Below are positions 11,883-26,300 of a stretch of 64,000 nucleotides of DNA, piece after piece. The position numbers and the translations under genes were made by a program. The stretch comes from Nemertoderma westbladi (lineage: Eukaryota; Animalia; Xenacoelomorpha): contig JAUCBJ010000011.1 in NCBI GenBank assembly GCA_032718475.1, positions 64,702-128,701 on the forward strand, read 5' to 3'. How positions within the stretch are numbered: the stretch's first letter is position 1; each line of letters starts with the position of its first letter. The notes under the pieces are model-generated. The model made no database searches and was not told the origin of the DNA. It saw only the letters and a list, made by a program, of their open reading frames with translations.

Positions 11883-12446
11883 CACTAGGGCGGTGCGTTT
11901 TTTACTTTTTTTTTCGATTTCAAGGCAATCATGTTGACTTGTGCCGGAATTCACATTTTCTGAGATATCTCAAGAACTATTCGTTTGTTTTGAAGGTGTC
12001 TACCCCCACTAAATCGGTCATTGCGGTTCGATTGAGCATAATATTAATGCTGTAGGAGAAATAAAAGTTGGCCATCGCGAAAATTGAGAATAAGAGTAAC
12101 TTGCGCCAAAGAGTAGTTTTTGGCGATGTGCCTGTGGCACTACTTCCCTTGGTCCCAAAATCAAAATTTTGGTATCTAACTAAGTTTGGACCCATTTGAT
12201 GACATTTGATGCATGAAGGAAGTTCTTTTTTGAGTCATTGATCTTTCATCAATGTGTTTTATGGTTATAAATTTCATTATGGTGCATCACGATGGCTCAA
12301 AATTTCAACCCTCTTGGCATCCGTGAAGATATAGATGAAATTTATAGAAATTTTTTTTGCCTTATTTTTTTACCATTTGGCAACTTTTGTTCACCGGTAG
12401 AACAATGAAATCGAAAAAAAAAAGTAAAAAACGCACCGCCCTAGTG
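11883..12446. mobile_element. Tc1/mariner-type MITE
   Basis: TIRs CACTAGGGCGGTGCGTTTTTTACTTTT...CGATTTCA and its reverse complement ending at 12446, with TA on both sides. The left end and its flank are tandemly duplicated at ~11760-11850. Confidence 0.75.
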
Positions 12447-13384
12447 TACACTAGATGTTGATAAATATATTATAATATTCATTCTCACCAAAAGCCCCAA
12501 ACACTGTCTGGATTTTGTTCAGTGGCTTAATGTTGGAAGTTTTGACAAAAACCAAGTACCATACCACGAAAGGAAATTTTATTTCCAATTGCGTCAACAT
12601 TTTTTCAAATTGCAGGAAATATGTTATTATTAAAATTAATTTATGGAAAAAATGGATGGTTTTAAATGTCCGCAAGTAAAGTAAGGTTATATTTTTAATA
12701 TACCGCTACCGCTACACCACAAACAGCACCAGAAAGAGGAAATAATTCTGCTCATAATATGCAATATGGTCCGCATTTATTAATTCGAGTGTTAACGCTT
12801 CGCCGACAACCGGCAACCACTGCCGACAACAGCAAATATTATGAAAATGTAACCTGAGTTCGTGACTCTCGTTTATTGTTTTGGTTAGAAAAACTTTCCA
12901 CTGTATCCTGTTCCTTTCCCTCACTTAATAAATGTCATTAATTAACTTTAATAATGTTTTTGTCGGCGTTGGAGAAAACGAACTTCGAATGTGGATGAGG
13001 TAGCCAAGGTTCAAGTTTTCCTGAATTTAATATATTATAGCACGAAGGCTAGGGATGTGCCGGATTGACTATTTTCAAACCGGCCAGGCCGGAGCCGGAT
13101 TCGTAAAAAAAAATCCGGCCGGAATTCCGGCCAAGCGGGATTTTTTTTATATATCACCACTTTTTGCTTTGAATCAGCTATTTTATGCATGAACAGAACT
13201 GGAGGGAGGGAGGCGACCACGTTATTTGGTCCTTTTGGCGTTAGGTCCTGTATTGATAGATAACGTGCTGGATCATTATCAGCAAGGTCATGATGATAAG
13301 GACTTTGACTTTAATAAGAATTCAGAAGTAGATAAGTAAGTATATGTCAATTATCCCAACTGAACGGGACGAGATGAGCGTTAT

Positions 13385-13593
13385 GAGTTGGTGGCTGCAA
13401 ATAAGGAATCATTTCCTAATTTACAAACCTTGTACATATATATTTAGTATCACCAGCGTCTTCAATTTATTCCGAGCGAATATTTGTAGAGGCTGGTAAT
13501 GTATTTGATAAGAAACGCTCTCCTCTACTTCCGGATCGTGGAGATAAACTAATATTTTTGTACCATAACCTACGCCGATATGATATACCGTAA
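13385..13593 (+). pseudogene. hAT transposase C-terminal dimerisation-domain remnant
   Basis: 13441-13593 translates YLVSPASSIYSERIFVEAGNVFDKKRSPLLPDRGDKLIFLYHNLRRYDIP*, preceded by a frameshifted 'WW...FPNL'. This is the hATC signature (PASS-x-x-SER-x-FS-x-AG...R-x-x-L). Confidence 0.85.
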
Positions 13594-14112
13594 TGGATTG
13601 ATTTGATGAATAAAGTGCAAATTGAAAAATAGAACGAAGAAATAATAGGTGTAGTTTTTTTATACTCTCTGAGTTAAATTGGATTTACTAGAGTTACTAA
13701 ATTGCCTGTCGAATATATAAACTGGTCATTCACGGCGGTAAGCTTAATATCAATTTACAACAAACCTAGCTAGAGCAAACATCAACGCTTGTGCGCTGGG
13801 ACAATGTAATAATTATTGACTAGTTATAATTAGTATATGGGTATATACATGGTTCAATGCCGACCATATAGACCAAGTTACGTACGGGACAACAAATATA
13901 CAAACATGTAAATCATTCGAGAATGAATGGTCGGTTGGCCTTGATAATTTGATCGCCAGATCCACCATATTCGGTCCCCTCCTGCTGTGATACACTCCGA
14001 CCACAGTTTGTTATAGAAAAAGCTACAACGATTAAAAAAAAATCGTTACTTACGGGGCAAATTTCAAATATTATGATTGTAATTACGGGCTCATTTTGGC
14101 CATTAAAATTAC

Positions 14113-14644
14113 AATTACGGTGCCAAACGATTAATATCCTTGCTGAGTATAATTCCGGTGCCAAACGATTAATATCCTTGCTGAGTATAATTCCGGTGCC
14201 AAACGATTAATATCCTTGCTGAGTATAATTCCGGTGCCAAACGATTAATATCCTTGCTGAGTATAATTCCGGTGCCAAACGATTAATATCCTTGCTGAGT
14301 ATAATTACGGTGCCAAACGATTAATATCCCTGCTGAGTATAATTACGGTGCCAAACGATTAATATCCCTGCTGAGTATAATTACGGTGCCAAACGATTAA
14401 TATCCCTGCTGAGTATAATTACGGTGCCAAACGATTAATATCCCTGCTGAGTATAATTACGGTGCCAAACGATTAATATCCCTGCTGAGTATAATTACGG
14501 TGCCAAACGATTAATATCCCTGCTGAGTATAATTACGGTGCCAAACGATTAATATCCCTGCTGAGTATAATTACGGTGCCAAACGATTAATATCCTTGCT
14601 GAGTATAATTCCGGTGCCAAACGATTAATATCCTTGCTGAGTAT
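14113..14644. repeat. 38-bp minisatellite, 14 copies
   Basis: Unit AATT(A/C)CGGTGCCAAACGATTAATATCC(T/C)TGCTGAGTAT in head-to-tail copies with no spacers. Confidence 0.95.
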
Positions 14645-15309
14645 ATTTCCTGTGAACAAATAAACGTAGCTTTGTAGTAAATTTGAGATATCAGAAATAC
14701 AAAAAAAATATTAATGTGGTCCGATTTTTTGTTACACAACGTGACACTCGGTAAATGATTAATTTAATGGCCTATAAATTGTCAAATATGGGCCAATAAC
14801 CCGATGTGTTGACACTTCCACTCATATTCTTCCATTTGAATCAGTTAGATTGGCAATTTTTGGTGACTTAGCAGTTCATATGAATATATTCCGTGAGCGT
14901 CTCCAAAATGGTCCAAAAAAGTGTCCCATACTTAACGGAGGTTTTTTTTTTTATCAGAAAACGCGAACTCATCTAGATTTAGATCACCACATCCATTTCT
15001 CAGATAGTTTTGCCATGTATGTATGTGTTGTATCAGTGAGACTGCTACGTAAACATTTATTTGGCCAGGTTGAAAAAAACTGCCATGTCCCATAACGTGA
15101 CAGGGTGTCCCATACTTTACATTGTGTTGGGGGCAGAAGTTAATCATGGTCTAAACAACTAAGTACTTACATTTAATTAATGGTTGGGGGATTTCCAGTC
15201 ACAGATAAACTGTAACCTGCTCCTTCCCATTAATTACAATAGATCAAATTAATTTATTACCAAATTAACCGTTTGTGGAAAGGGTTTAGAGATTGGGACA
15301 TTAGTTGAG

Positions 15310-15423
15310 AGTGGGATGGAAGTTGGGAATGGAACAGGAGTTGGCAGTGGGATGGAAGTTGGGAATGGAACAGGAGTTGGAAGTGGGATAGAAGTTGGGA
15401 ATGGAACAGGAGTTGGCAGTGGG
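15310..15423. repeat. 36-bp tandem repeat, ~3 copies
   Basis: AGTGGGATGGAAGTTGGGAATGGAACAGGAGTTGGC repeated three times. Confidence 0.85.
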
Positions 15424-18400
15424 AAGGTCGATAAACTGGATTTAAATTCTAGTACGGAGGAGTTGTTTGAGGAATTTTATGATTTGTTTTTAATTGGAAA
15501 ATAAATGTCAAAATTTATAATAATAGTTTCCATGTAAATTCCTTCCTATACCATATCAATATGTCCCATGACACCAAAAACTGTCTATTTACATTTTCAA
15601 ATTAATTGTTTGATATAAAATAACGGTTTTCAGTTGACCATATGCAACAGTTTTGTGTATCACATTGTTATTAACATGAAAAAAACAATTAGTTCCACGG
15701 CAAAGTTTCCCAGAAAGTGAAACTTTGTGTTGTCACTCTATAAAAAAATTATTTTTAGCGACATAATTTTTGATTTTTTTCTCACCAGAAAACTTTCCAC
15801 TTCGATCTGATATCTCTTGCCGGACACCTCAATACCGCCATTAAACGACTGTTACTTCAAATTTTCAAGAATATGGACATAAAGAACGAAAAAAATATTT
15901 ACCGGTATAAATTTTCCCTATGTGACAAAAATTTATTCTCAATTTTTGCATTTCGTAATATTTCTCTCAATAACGGCCAATAAATTTTTGGGGCTTTTTC
16001 TGGTTTCATATGCAGAAATTATCGCTCTTTCTAACCATCAATATGACAAATTCTCAAAGTTAATTTCAAAATTCAACAAATTTCAAAAATCACAATTGGT
16101 CAATATGGTTGGCATTGACCCACATGTACTATTTATTACCTATTATATAGTAAATATTAAAGTGTTAGTGAGGCTGAGCCCAACCAAATACAAATATTAT
16201 TGGTATAACAAGTAGTCCGTCAGCTCAGCATGTAGATAGTTACAAAATGATAGCTCTTCTTTAGACCCTATCATATGGTACAAACTATGAAAAAATTGTA
16301 TTGTATTCCTTTGTATTTGCTTATGTTTAAATTTGTTTGAATTTAAAAGAAAATTTATTTTTATGTTTTTTTTTTTGAAAATTTACATTAATTGTAAATA
16401 TCCGGCACACCCCTAGCACGAAACTAATGTAAAAAAAAATAGGACTGTATTAGGCCTACTCCGATACTGCAATGCAATAGATGGATAGGGCTCATTGCTT
16501 GAGTTGCATAGCATACAACGGGGTCAGGCAATCTACCAAGTTTACAAAGTTGCAAACAGTATTTTATGATCATGTTCATGATCATGAATTTAAGTGATTG
16601 TAGTGTTAAAAGACGCGCAAGACTCAATTGATATAAGCCATGTATAAAATGGTTGAGATTAAATGTGTATTTGAATGGATCTAAAATCACCCACCATAGA
16701 AACCAATGTAAGAAATTATCAGAGCACTGCGTAGTGACGTCAAATCTGTAGCAGCCAATCACAGTCGATTTTCAAAATTGGCTTCCCGCGCTTATTTAAA
16801 CCCGCTATTTCGACCGTTTCCTCGTGTTTTTTTCAAAAAACACACCCCGCCACTCGATTCAGGACACCTTGTTACCCCTTATTAATTCGCTCACCAACTC
16901 TATTGCAACAAATTTATATCATTATGAATATGAATACAGCTAGCGAGCTCGGTTGCTAGGTATATCGGACAAGATGATTCGTCCTTCATGTAACATATTG
17001 AGGTAAATAGTAAATGTTTATCATTGCGCATCCAATGAGTACATGTGTACTCATTGTGTACCCAATGAGGTATAACAATACATAAATTTGTTATCTGTGA
17101 AAGACTTAGCCTACACGACGCATTGGACGAGATCATGCGTCCATTCATGTAACGCGTCCGCATGTAACGCGTCCGCACGTAACGTGTAACGCATCGTCAC
17201 ATGAAAGGGCCATCCTTCATGTAACACACTGAGCATGATAGAGTGGTCGAATCCCTGTCTGGTATTGAAGTATTGTAGCCTCTGGTCCAATAGTTAGCTG
17301 CAGTTCTGGAGTACATTGTATGTTTATCGCGTTGGTACTGATCACAGGTCAGGGTGTGGGGGTCAGTTTCCTCCAAGCATGCTTTAGCTAGTGATAGTAC
17401 CGTGCTAAAGCCAGTACCTAAGGTTCTTGACTGTCTTGTTTTGTGTATCTTTCTTATCTCGTGTATCTTTTTTGTGGATGAACAAATATTTTATTAACTA
17501 CTACAGCATACAGCGCTGTTGCGTACAGTCAAACGGACGCTAGCTGAAGTAGTACTCTCATTATTATAGTGTTAGTATTCGTCTAGTATTCTCCACTAAT
17601 CTCCATTAGATATATGAAAACCGCCTGTCCAAAAATATCAATAAATAAATTGTTAAGTTTGCCCTTGCAAGCATTAGGCCTAATTACAATTCATAAAGCT
17701 ACTTACTAGTTCGCCCTCTAGCGGAAAAATTTAGAAGTAAACATGGAGCAGCGTCACTACGATTAACTTCGATTGAATGGCGAGGTGAGCGGAGCGAGTA
17801 GATAATATTTCACACATTTTCGCTTATGTCACATTTCCTGTATAAATAGGTCTATCAAATTACCTGACTTCTCCCTGATTTGTCTATTTGTTACAAGAAT
17901 TTCCTGACGTTTAAAGAAAAAATGAAATTCCCTGTGAGTGGCAACCCGTTCTGTCATTGATGAAGCCAATTCTGGTCTCATTTGAACCGCTAAGCGTAGG
18001 TCTGGATTGTTCTTCTCAATTTTTTTGAAAACTGATGACTAGCAAACTTAAAAGTACTAAAGCGAAAATACTAGGAGGTCGTCCATAAATGACAATAATG
18101 ACATACATGTAAATCCCGTATATTAGGACCACCCTCGCCCCCCTTCCCCTCACCGACCAAGGATGTCTGGATTTGGCCCGTAGGAAACAGAATCATGATT
18201 GCTAATTGGGTTGGAATTAGGTTTTTCGAATTATTTAAATAACTATTTGGCAAATTAAATTGTATTATTAGCCTTGCATGTTGCGTTTACTTCTAACATC
18301 ACTTAGTGAATCGGGGTGACTGGCAGTGAATATGGTTACAATCCAATAGGATTCCTTCGTCCTACTAAACCAAAGGGGTTTCATACCACGGATAAATAAA

Positions 18401-18849
18401 TAAAAAGGGATTAGATATTAATAACTTATTGTGCTGCATATTTATAGTGCATATATACCAACATCATTCTCTAAAAACATTGAAATTATTAATAACTAAC
18501 TGCTTAAAAACAAACCAGACGATACAAATTATTAATCAGGGTAATTAATTACGTGCTCAAAATTAGCGACCTGCAGAACTTATATAATCAAATGTTAAAG
18601 CTTACAATCAAAGACGAGCGTAACAAAATATAATTGGTTTAGCACAATGTGTACGAAAATAAGAGAATCTATTGAGCAGTTGTGTAATATAATATTATTT
18701 GTGTGGCACAAAGTGTATTATATAAAATAAAGTATTCGAATTCAATATAAACAACAAAACTGGTTCATCAGTGTAGCAGTTTGCAGCCATAAGGTGGTAA
18801 ACAGCATAGCCAGGTCCTATCGGAATGGTTACAGAAGACGTACAGATGA

Positions 18850-19085
18850 TTCAACTCACTGATTGGTTGGTTATCTCAGGGCCCGAGTTATTAAGTCGGG
18901 GCCCGAGATAATTAAACTCACTGATTGGTTGGTTATCTCAGGGCCCGAGTTATTAAGTCGGGGCCCGAGATAATTCAACTCACTGATTGGTTGGTTATCT
19001 CATGGCCCGAGTTATTAAGTCGGGGGCCGAGATAATTCAACTCACTGATTGGTTGGTTATCTCAGGGCCCGATTTATAAGTCGGG
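18850..19085. repeat. 62-bp tandem repeat (~3.8 copies), each unit with an internal inverted repeat
   Basis: Unit starts at 18853, 18915, 18977 and 19039. Each contains TTATCTCAGGGCCCGA-gttattaag-TCGGGGCCCGAGATAA. Confidence 0.9.
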
Positions 19086-19894
19086 GGAAAGCTGGGCGTG
19101 GATGAATTCCAGATATTATGTAAAAAACATTTGAATTTGGTTGAGAAATAGCTGAGATATGGGCGTTAGAAAGTTGCATGTATTTGCTTCAATTGCCGGA
19201 CATTTATTATATTTAATAAATATACCATGTTCTAGAACATTTTATTAATGTATGAATATTCAAGTCGTAGTAGTATTATTATACAGTATTTGAATTGTAT
19301 TGTTGCACAGCTACTGCTGTTGACCAGCTGAGATAAACAAAATATTCCAGAATATTGATTAGTTTTTAAATAGAACAAAATAGCCTTTGTGCAGGTGTAA
19401 ACCCATGCAACTTTTGATCGCTCAAATCTCAGCTATTATACGACGAAATTCAGTTTGTGTTACATTCAGTTTGAATCCTTGCATGGCTAGCTTTCTAGCG
19501 GTACCAACAAATCACTATAAGGTAGAAGAAAAACTGCAGTGGGAATGGTACAATATCGACGGATGACGGATGGATTTTTGTAAACACTTGTAGCAAAAGA
19601 ATGAAAGCGAAAACAACAGGCTGGCTCACCCAGTAATGAGGACGGAGGTGAAACAATCTTTGTTTCAAACGAATTACGAGTTATTTTTATTTACGATAAT
19701 ACGAGTTATTTCCAATTTTTAGTTTTATAAATATCTATAAATTAGTTAAAAAATATTAGAAATTGTGATTTTTATTTATAAATTTCATATTTAGAAAAAA
19801 AAACGCTGCTCCTACCGGTACGGTTGAACAATTAGCAATGGAGACTTACATAAAATTAACTGAAGATTTTCTCATCCCTTTACATCACTTATGA

Positions 19895-22144
19895 ATGCCC
19901 TCTTAATTAACAGGTAGCATTGATGCCCTGCCCCCTTAATTAACAGGTAGCATTGATGCCCTGCCCCCTTAATTAACAGGTAGTATTGATGCCCTGCCCC
20001 CTTAATTAACAGGTAGCATGGATGCCCCCTTAATTAACAGGTAGCATTGATGCCCTGCCCCCTTAATTAACAGGTAACATTGATGCCCTGCCCCCTTAAT
20101 TAACAGGTAACATTGATGCCCTGCCCCCTTAATTAATAGGTAGCATTGATGCCCTGTCCCCTTAATTAACAGGTAACATTGATGCCCTGCCCCCTTAATT
20201 AACAGGTAGCATGGATGCCCCCTTAATTAACAGGTAACATTGATGCCCTGCCCCCTTAATTAACAGGTAGCATTGATGCCCTGCCCCCTTAATTAACAGG
20301 TAACATTGATGCCCTGACCCCTTAATTAACAGGTAGCATTGATGCCCTGCCCCCTTAATTAACAGGTATCACGGATGCCCCCTTAATTAACAGGTAGCAT
20401 GGATGCCCCTTTAATTAACAGGTAGCATGGATGCCCCCTTAATTAACAGGTAGCATTGATGCCCTGCCCCCTTAATTAACAGGTAGCATTGATGCCCTGC
20501 CCCCTTAATTAACAGGTATCATGGATGCCCCCTTAATTAACAGGTAGCATGGATGCCCCTTTAATTAACAAGTAGCATGGATGCCCCCTTAATTAACAGG
20601 TAACATTGATGCCCTGACCCCTTAATTAACAGGTAGCATTGATGCCCTGCCCCCTTAATTAACAGGTATCATGGATGCCCCCTTAATTAACAGGTGGCAT
20701 GGATGCCCCTTTAATTAACAGGTAGCATGGATGCCCCCTTAATTAACAGGTAGCATGGATGCCCTGCCCCCTTAATTAACAGGTAGCATTGATGCCCTGC
20801 CCCCTTAATTAACAGATAGCATGGATGCCCCCTTAATTAACAGGTAGCATGGATGACCCCTTAATTAACAGGTAGCATGGATGCCCCGCACCCTTAATTA
20901 ACAGGTATCATTGATGCCCTGCCCCCTTAATTAACAGGTAGCATTGATGCCCTGCCCCCTTAATTAACAGGTAGCATCGATGCCCTGTCCCCTTAATTAA
21001 CAGGTAGCATTGATGCCCTGCCCCCTTAATTAACAGGTAGCATTGATGCTCTGCCCCCTTAATTAACAGGTAGCATTGATGCCCCCTTAATTAACAGGTA
21101 GCATGGATGCCCCGCACCCTTAATTAACAGGTATCATTGATGCCCTGCCCCCTTAATTAACAGGTAGCATGGATGCCCTGCCCCCTTAATTAACAGGTAG
21201 CATGGATGCCCCCTTAATTAACAGGTAGCATTGATGCCCTGCCCCCTTAATTAACAGGTAGCATTCATTCCCTGCCCCCTTAATTAACAGGTAGCATGGA
21301 TGCCCTGCCCCCTTAATTAACAGGTAGCATTGATGCCCTGTCCCCTTAATTAACAGGTAGCATGGATGCCCTGCCCCCTTAATTAACAGGTAGCATGGAT
21401 GCCCTGCCCCCTTAATTAACAGGTAGCATTGATGCCCTGCCCCCTTAATTAACAGGTAGCATTGATGCCCTGCCCCCTTAATTAACAGGTAGCATGGATG
21501 CCCTGCCCCCTTAATTAACAGGTAGCATTGATGCCCTGTCCCCTTAATTAACAGGTAGCATGGATGCCCTGCCCCCTTAATTAACAGGTAGCATGGATGC
21601 CCCCTTAATTAACAGGTAGCATTGATGCCCTGCCCCCTTAATTAACAGGTAGCATTGATGCCCTGACCCCTTAATTAACAGGTAGCATGGATGCCCTGCC
21701 CCCTTAATTAACAGGTAGCATTGATGCCCTGCCCCCTTAATTAACAGGTAGCATTGATGCCCTGCCCCCTTAATTAACAGGTAGCATTGATGCCCTGCCC
21801 CCTCAATTAACAGGTAGCATTGATGCCCTGCCCCCTCAATTAACAGGTAGCATTGATGCCCTGCCCCCTTAATTAACAGGTAGCATTGATGCCCTGCCCC
21901 CTTAATTAACAGGTAGCATGGATGCCCAGCCCCCTTAATTAACAGGTAGCATTGATGCCCTGCCCCCTTAATTAACAGGTAGCATTGATGCCCTGCCCCC
22001 TCAATTAACAGGTAGCATTGATGCCCTGCCCCCTCAATTAACAGGTAGCATTGATGCCCTGCCCCCTTAATTAACAGGTAGCATTGACGCCCTGCCCCCT
22101 TAATTAACAGGTAGCATGGATGCCCAGCCCCCTTAATTAACAGG
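19895..22144. repeat. 33-bp minisatellite with interspersed 28-bp variants, ~70 units
   Basis: Unit TTAATTAACAGGTAGCATTGATGCCCTGCCCCC and short variant TTAATTAACAGGTAGCATGGATGCCCCC. Confidence 0.97.
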
Positions 22145-23377
22145 GCCTCCTTGACTAACACTTACACTTAAAACAAATATTCTGCAGGTCGTAAGCGAAA
22201 AAATTCTTACGGAAAATTAATTGACTTTTAGTTAAAATTAAATGTTAACATATAAAGTTTCATAACGCTGAATACAAAATATAAAAACAACCACAATTAA
22301 CCCAATAAATTAATTCGATATTATTTTAACTATGTGAGTGGTGACCGAGAGAGAGTTGGATCTGTCTGTCAGTCGCAGGTTGTTCCGCTTAGTGAAAAAT
22401 AATCATTAAAAATATCACCTAAATATTAATGATTAATATTTAATTCTAATTATAATTATTAATAATATATTAACTGTAAAAGATAATATCCAAATAAAAT
22501 ATTATTGTGACATGGTTAGGATACCTGTGAGTGAATAAGTAACATTAAATACAGAAAACTACTGCAAAAAAAAACCCAACTAATAGACAGAAACACAATC
22601 ATATAACCTGTGCCGTGCATCAGTAAATATAGTCACTCCTCGGGGGAAGAAATATGTTAAAACTATAAAAAATAGAGCGTTACTGTGAAACATTTAGTCA
22701 AAATATAGTAAATATAATATAATTTTCATATAAACGCAAATTGTTTCAAGACAATATTTCTTAGTTAATAACATTTACTTCCATTGTTATAGTCCAGCAG
22801 GAGATAAGATACACTTTGTGTCTCTCCTTTTAATGCCGCGCACTGTAAGGTTATTAACTACTAGATATAGTTATTGTATTCGGAAATGGAAAAATATTAA
22901 ACATTAAACCACCTAGTGTTACATATCCGTTAATAATTCCGTAATTCCATTAACCATACCGCCACGACATAGCGGTGCTGTCTATTTAAGGTTAGCTACC
23001 GGTACAGCATACAGATGGACTGAAAATCAAAGTAATTCGTAATTCTTTGTCCTATGGAGTATGGATGCTGCAGGTTTCTTACACGCTGTATAAAGTCACA
23101 CATTATAGACATCCTGTACTTCCTTCTGAATTATATAATAATATTTCCATTTTCGAATAAAAAGTATTACAAATATTTATTTAGTAAACTGTTTCATCAA
23201 TTGGCTTACATTTTTTAAATAAAAAATGTTGTTAAGCGAATTTCAATAAAAGTACAGTTTATCATTTTGTGTGAGGAAGTTTATCAAAAATTATAACTGC
23301 GACACGTGAAAAATAAAGCGAAGAAAAAACACTAATACTACGACATCAATGGGCTCCCTGCTCAATAAAGAATATAC

Positions 23378-26300
23378 TTAAACTGTGACCTCAGCGGTAT
23401 TCGCCCCTTCTATAATAGCACCTCGAGAGTTTGAAGTAACTGGTTGGGAAACAGTCTGCTCCTTGGCGAAGTTAACAAAAACCTGATCCAAAGTGGTCTG
23501 AGTCACCGAGAAGTCGTTGATAAGTCCCTGAGTGGTCCACAACTGTATCTGAGTGAACACACGAGCCAACGAGGGTGAGTTGTACTCGAAACGGACGAAG
23601 TTGTGGTGGCGATCCTTAACTGCAGCACCAGGGAACACGTTGGGGATCTCGGCTAACAGATTGTCCACGTTGTCGGTAGTTGAACGCAGTGAGATCGTAC
23701 AGCCCTGACTGTATTTACTCTTTAGATGGAAAGGACTACCCAGACAGACGAATCTCCCGTTAACCATAATCGCGATACGGCTGCACAAAGTCTCGCATTC
23801 CTCCATGAGATGCGACGTCAGCACTACGCTCTGTCCGCGTCGTACTGCTGCAGTCACAGCGGCCCACAGACACCGTCGGGCTTTGGGGTCCATCCCAGTC
23901 GAGGGTTCGTCAAGGAGTAGCAACGGAGGCGACCCAACCATCGCCATCGCAGTACTCAATTTCCGTTTATTACCGCCGCTCAATCGACCCGCCAGTTTCC
24001 CCCGGAAATGTAGCAGATCCAGTTCCGCAATCAACGACGAAACCTCATGATCTATGAGAGACTGCGGGATTCCGCGTAGTCGCGCGTAGAGGTACAGATG
24101 CTCGGACACCGAGAGGAGGTTGTGCAGGCCATCAAACTGCGGACAGTAACCAAGATGCTGACGGCTCGAATTCGCCCCGGAATCAATCGAGTTTCCATTG
24201 ACCGCAGCCGAGCCGGAGGACATCGGGATATCCCCGGTTAGCATCCGGAAGGTGGACGTCTTCCCGGCACCGTTCACACCGAGCAGACCAAAACATTCGC
24301 CCTTATGGACCCCAAAGGTGAGTTTATTAACTGCGATGACCTTCTCATGTCGTGATGTGTAGGATTTCACCATATTAATGACCTGCAGGATATCGGGTTG
24401 ATCTCCCGAACTAGTTTCAACCCGTCTCCTCTCGCTGTAGACATCCTCCTCCTCGCAGTGCTCACACAGAGGCTGCTCTACATTGCCAATGTTGCCATCC
24501 CACAACAACAGACTAACAACTCGATCCCAGACAACCCTCCATATAACGAGTCGGTACTCAATGCAGATAACGAGCATGAATGCTAGTGTTCCTTGGATAG
24601 CGAGGGTCGTCAGTAGACGTCCATTCTCCCGCCAAACAAAAGGATTTACAGCCTCGAACGGAAGATCGAAACGAGCCATCAGTGTAGTCAGACCCTCTAG
24701 GAAGGCCATGTTGATGAGACCACGACCCAGACAATACGGCGGGAAGATAACGAATATTTGGTCCAACAGAGACGCAACAGCGACCAGTTCGGGGTCGTCA
24801 CGGAACATCTCGAGCGTCGCCACAGTTACGGTGGTCGTCATTCCGAAGAAGAAGTTAATAGAGACCAGAACGACGTACGCAACAGAGGGAACATTGAAAA
24901 CGAAACAGAAGGGATACATGATGGGGATAATAGCCCATCCATATAACAGGAATAAACACAATGAACAGGGGGCGTTACTCGGGGAGATGTAACTGCTGAA
25001 CTGGAAAGCAACGAAAATGATCAAACACAAAGAGATGCATATCGTGTACTTCAACATGTCCCATATGAGGTTGCTAGTCCAATAGAGTAGAACCGATACC
25101 CCAGACACCATCTGGAGGTGTTTTGCTCCAGATACTCTTTCCGATATTAGGTAGACAACGAAACTGGATGGGACAAAACATAAAGCGAATAATATAGAGA
25201 TAGCGAGAGTCAACTCTAGTCGTACTCGTCGCAGGTACAGATGTTCTAGTTGAACCTCGGTGGCTTCCATAGGGTGGTTGTAGGCCGTGATCCCGTACTC
25301 TCTTGGATCTAACTCTGGTGGTAGCGATGCTCGCAGTAACGCGTTGTTCATTATGTTCACGTAGATTACCAATGAATGCCAGCCCTTGTTGTTAAACCAA
25401 ACCTTAACGTTGTGTCTCCTTGATGAAACACCTCGTATTTGCTGGAGGGTCGACATGATATCCTGCAACTGGTTCAATAATTCCGCGTCTTCCACGGCAT
25501 TTATTCGCTCATCTAGACGCCTCCAATAGTCACTTACATTTCTTTCACCAAAAGTTTTTGCCATCGATAATTCAAGGCCGCCGAATCGTAAGAGAATAAA
25601 CTTCTGCATGGTTTTAACGAGGTAGTCGGATATATTCCGACCGGTTAGGTCGACCAACAAGTCGCTGGTGTTTACTTTGGTGACCGGTGGTGGGGGGCCA
25701 CCTGCGGTGGCTGGGCATTGAGCGTACCCCGAGGAGCAGTCGCAGTTTGGTGATACCGAGGGAATGTTGGAAATGTTCCGGCTATACGCAGTCGAGGTCG
25801 ACGAATTCAAACAGGGGAAACCTTCAACTCGATAATTAGTCATGCAACGTGTTCCTAAACCCGGTTGAGATAACACGGCGTCTTCGAGAAGTTTACTTTG
25901 AGTTGCATTTGGATCTTTTCCTAAAGTATAGAATGTATAAAGTTCGGGGTTGTTGTACCACCACGGATGGAGTTCCAAAGAGCCTTGTACATCTTGAGAC
26001 GGTAAAATGTACATGACGGCCATCGCCAAACAGACGAATGCTATTGGTAGGACGACTTCGGCTATGAACCCCTTCAGGTTCCGTTTGGTGCCATGATACC
26101 TCTTTATAATGAGTGCAGTAAACCTGACCCATAGTAGTTCTCTACCGTGGAGATGAGCCACTTGAGATGCTTCTCTGACACATTCTCCGTTTACCTGAGT
26201 GGAACTGCTAACGTAACTGTTCACTTTCCCTTTATATTCCGCCCCATTTTCGATTAACTTCCTAACAACGGAATTGTCAATAACATCATAATCATTATCC

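Larger units (their letters stand above)
13049..16416 (+). mobile_element. Internally deleted hAT transposon carrying nested repeats
   Basis: 17-bp TIRs CTAGGGATGTGCCGGAT / ATCCGGCACACCCCTAG (1 mismatch). The 8-bp flanks CACGAAGG / CACGAAAC match 6/8. Subterminal CCGG motifs and a transposase remnant lie inside. Confidence 0.75.

Noticed and set aside
14113-22144. 38-bp and 33-bp arrays as CRISPR arrays
   Set aside because: Units are directly head-to-tail with no unique spacers, there are no cas genes, and the context is eukaryotic.
21577-22161. 194-aa ORF of (HQCYLLIKGAG)n
   Set aside because: A by-product of the 33-bp minisatellite; it has a non-ATG start and the frame breaks at the 28-bp variants.
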